This document shows, one piece after another, positions 61,634 to 64,000 of a stretch of DNA of 64,000 nt. Both the position numbers and the translations under genes were made by a program. Each line of letters opens with the position of its first letter. Positions within the stretch are counted from its first letter, which is position 1. Origin of the DNA: the human T2T-CHM13v2.0 reference genome, Homo sapiens; the NCBI RefSeq assembly GCF_009914755.1, contig NC_060932.1, one strand, 5' to 3'. A model generated the notes under the pieces. That model made no database searches. It saw nothing but the letters and a program-made list of their open reading frames with translations, and was not told the origin of the DNA.

Positions 61634-61840
61634 CTTGGCAATGCTTCAGTGGTGTTTCACCATAGCTCTTCAGATCCCGACACCCTTACAGTGGAGCAGG
61701 CTCCTAGCGACAACGAGCAACTTCCAACACCATCCTAAAGCAAAAGCCAGTCCCAGATGAATTCTTCTCATCTCAATCAGTTTTCATGGCTTGTGGCTTT
61801 CTGCCGGCAGCAGACAGAGGTGGCAGCACCCCCGGTCTGC
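61634..61840 (-). other. BLK: BLK non-coding exon 1 (5' UTR); 3' boundary exact, 5' boundary approximate (longer forms may reach ~62200)
   Basis: Donor GCCAAG|gtgagg at 61634/61633. Joining to exon 2 gives CATTGCCAAG-GATGGGG, matching my recollection of the BLK mRNA leader. The TSS cannot be read from sequence. Confidence 0.85.
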
Positions 61841-62300
61841 GATCAGAGCCTCCCCAGTCCCCAGTGAGCAAGTGCAACAGGGGCCCCGCCCTCCAGCCGA
61901 GCCCTTCTGAAGCTCCTGTGGGCTCCCTGGGTTTGGGGGTATCCCTCTGCTCCAGGAAAACTCGTGAGGAAGGACCATGAGCAGCTGCCCTGTCCCTGGC
62001 CCTGGGCAACGTGGGTCACAATGCCCTTCTGTCACCAGAAAGTTTTCTCCTGGGGTTTTGGTTTAACAGCACGGCTGGTATTTTTTCTGCACCAAGTCCG
62101 GCAGAGTTAGCAAACCTCCATGCTGACTCTACAAGGTAATTTGCCCTGCCGTGTGGACAAACGCTGCAGATCTCATGGAGAGGGCTTGGGCTCTGCCATG
62201 TGCCATCTGTGTGCACCAGGGCAGCCGTTCTTTCAGCCTCACTGGTTTTGCTTTGTCTTTAAATGATGCTAATAATAGCTAGCTCACAGGATACTATCAG
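61840..62300 (-). promoter_or_regulatory. BLK: BLK proximal TATA-less promoter region
   Basis: Lies directly upstream of exon 1. GC box GGAGGGCGGGGCC at 61882-61894, GGAA Ets cores at 61955 and 61968, MEF2 consensus CTAATAATAG at 62269-62278; no TATA box seen. Confidence 0.65.
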
Positions 62301-63903
62301 CATTAAATGGTAGAATGGGTATGAATGGTGGGCATAGAATTGGTGTTTGGTAAAAGCTAATTTCCCATGTGTTTTACAGTACCCTAGCCAGTAGTTAGTT
62401 GACTTGGATCTCAGAGCCTCTTCAATGGTGGAAATTTGCTTGGCTATGAAAACTCAGAGGAGTAGAGAACAAGAATAATGGAGGTAACGGGAGAAGGATC
62501 CCAACATCTAGAGCGGTGAGTGGTGTCTGGAGTGGTGGGTGGCATCCTGTACACAGCAGTCAAAGGACCAATGGGACCAAGAAGGCTTCTGTGATGACGT
62601 CAGAGTCTTGCTGGTCCAGCCAGACACAGTGAGCCACTGGTCAGCTGGTTCCTTTCCACTAGTGTCTTGATATTGGCTTATAAGAGGAAGTCACTCGGTG
62701 GGCTCTCTCTTCTCCCTTCATAGTCTTGGATCCTTGAGAGTGGGTGTGGGAGGCAGACAGGGTAGCTTCTACCCCATGGTCCAGAATGTCAGCTTTCTCA
62801 AGGAGTTCATTTCCTTGGATTGGACTGAGACAATGCTGAGCTATGAGTTGCAGGTTTGACAGGTGTTCATGTCAATAGACGCAGCAACGCAGAGTTCTGG
62901 GGTTTTAAGACACTATGGAAATAATCTGTTTCACTTCCCCAAGGGGTTTTGTGAGAATAAATGGATTCATGCATAAAAAGTATCTATTACAGTATTTAGC
63001 ACATAATAAACTCCAAATACCTGGAAGCTGATGTGAATGTGGCTAATTGCTTTAAGTCCCAAAGCTGATCTTCTCCACGTGGTAGCAGAGGGCTCACAAC
63101 AATGTCCAGAACCCTGGGCCTGCTCAGTCCATGGCAGCTCCTGTTAATTTACTCTTACATTCACTTCCTGATACCTACTACATGGATCCAAACATGAAAC
63201 ATGAGTTCCAAACTCTGCGAGCTTCTGATTTAAAAAGTGACTGATTTGAGATGAGGTAACTTAGTCTTCCTATTTCAATTCAATTAATGCAGCACTGTTT
63301 TTCTGAACACCTGCTCTGTGCTAAGCACCTGCTGGAGGCTGGGGATACCAACGCAGCTACACTCCATCCTCCTCTGAGAGTCTCAGCCTAAGGAGCTTGG
63401 AGAAGGGGCCTGATAAGCAGATCACTGCAGTGGAGCGTAGTAGATGTAGCCACAGAGGCCTCAACGGGGCACAGTGCTAGACCAGAGGCGGAGGCAATAA
63501 TTCTATCAGGGGTCACTGGGGGAAGCTGCCAAGGAGAAGGCTTTGAACATGATTCGTGACTAAGACTCCTACAGACTCTCAGAGACAGATCCCTAGGCTG
63601 AGTCTTTTACTGAACCAGGATGTTGTGACGCTGCCTGAACCGCCTCTAACATTTTTTCAATAGGGCCTAAATAGCTGACGTTTGGACAACTTTTATATAC
63701 TTGGACTTGAGGGTATAGAGAATGTAGTGGAGAGCAGGAAACCCAGCATCCTACAAAGAAAATACATGGTCTGTCTACCCAAGGTTAGAGTGGGAGGGGA
63801 TGTGAGAGTTTGCAGGGAGGTGTGCTGGCCCTTATGTGATCTGTGATAAGACATCACCTTTATGCCCACCCCAACAGACAGAGGTTGGAAAATAACAATA
63901 CCA

Positions 63904-63904
<1 letters not shown>

Positions 63905-63940
<36 letters not shown>
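63905..63940. repeat. (AC)18 microsatellite
   Basis: Perfect dinucleotide run. Confidence 0.98.
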
Positions 63941-63942
<2 letters not shown>

Positions 63943-64000
63943 TTCCAGCAGCCACTCAGAAAGAAAACAAGGAAATGACTTTGCTCATGGGTTCCAGATG

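Noticed and set aside
61634-62720. Naming specific lupus-associated SNP alleles in exon 1 and the promoter
   Set aside because: Their positions would rest on remembered coordinates and need a database lookup.

Overview
Human (or near-identical great-ape) genomic DNA containing the 5' part of BLK (B-lymphoid Src-family tyrosine kinase, 8p23.1) on the MINUS strand. It holds the promoter region and non-coding exon 1 (donor at 61634), a 48.6-kb intron 1 (13032-61633), and coding exons 2-8 (13030 down to 771; 772 nt, residues 1-257 plus one base). These encode SH4/unique, SH3, SH2, the linker and the kinase glycine-rich loop. All splice sites are GT-AG and the phases join into the known BLK protein; exon 9 onward lies beyond position 1. 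The rest is intron filled with about 23 Alus, old L1/L2/MIR fragments, MaLR and ERV1 LTRs, DNA-transposon relics and microsatellites. Nearly all other ORFs in the track are artefacts. I cannot demonstrate a new biological system. The best leads are: a polyadenylated, U5-less LTR8-family provirus that looks like an L1-made retrocopy; four uORFs in exon 1; a candidate alternative exon with branch point and 76-aa ORF in intron 1; a strong in-frame cryptic donor 9 nt into the CDS; antisense splice signals beside a CpG patch; and an ancient ~400-bp local duplication. Repeat family names come from recalled consensus sequences, not from a search.
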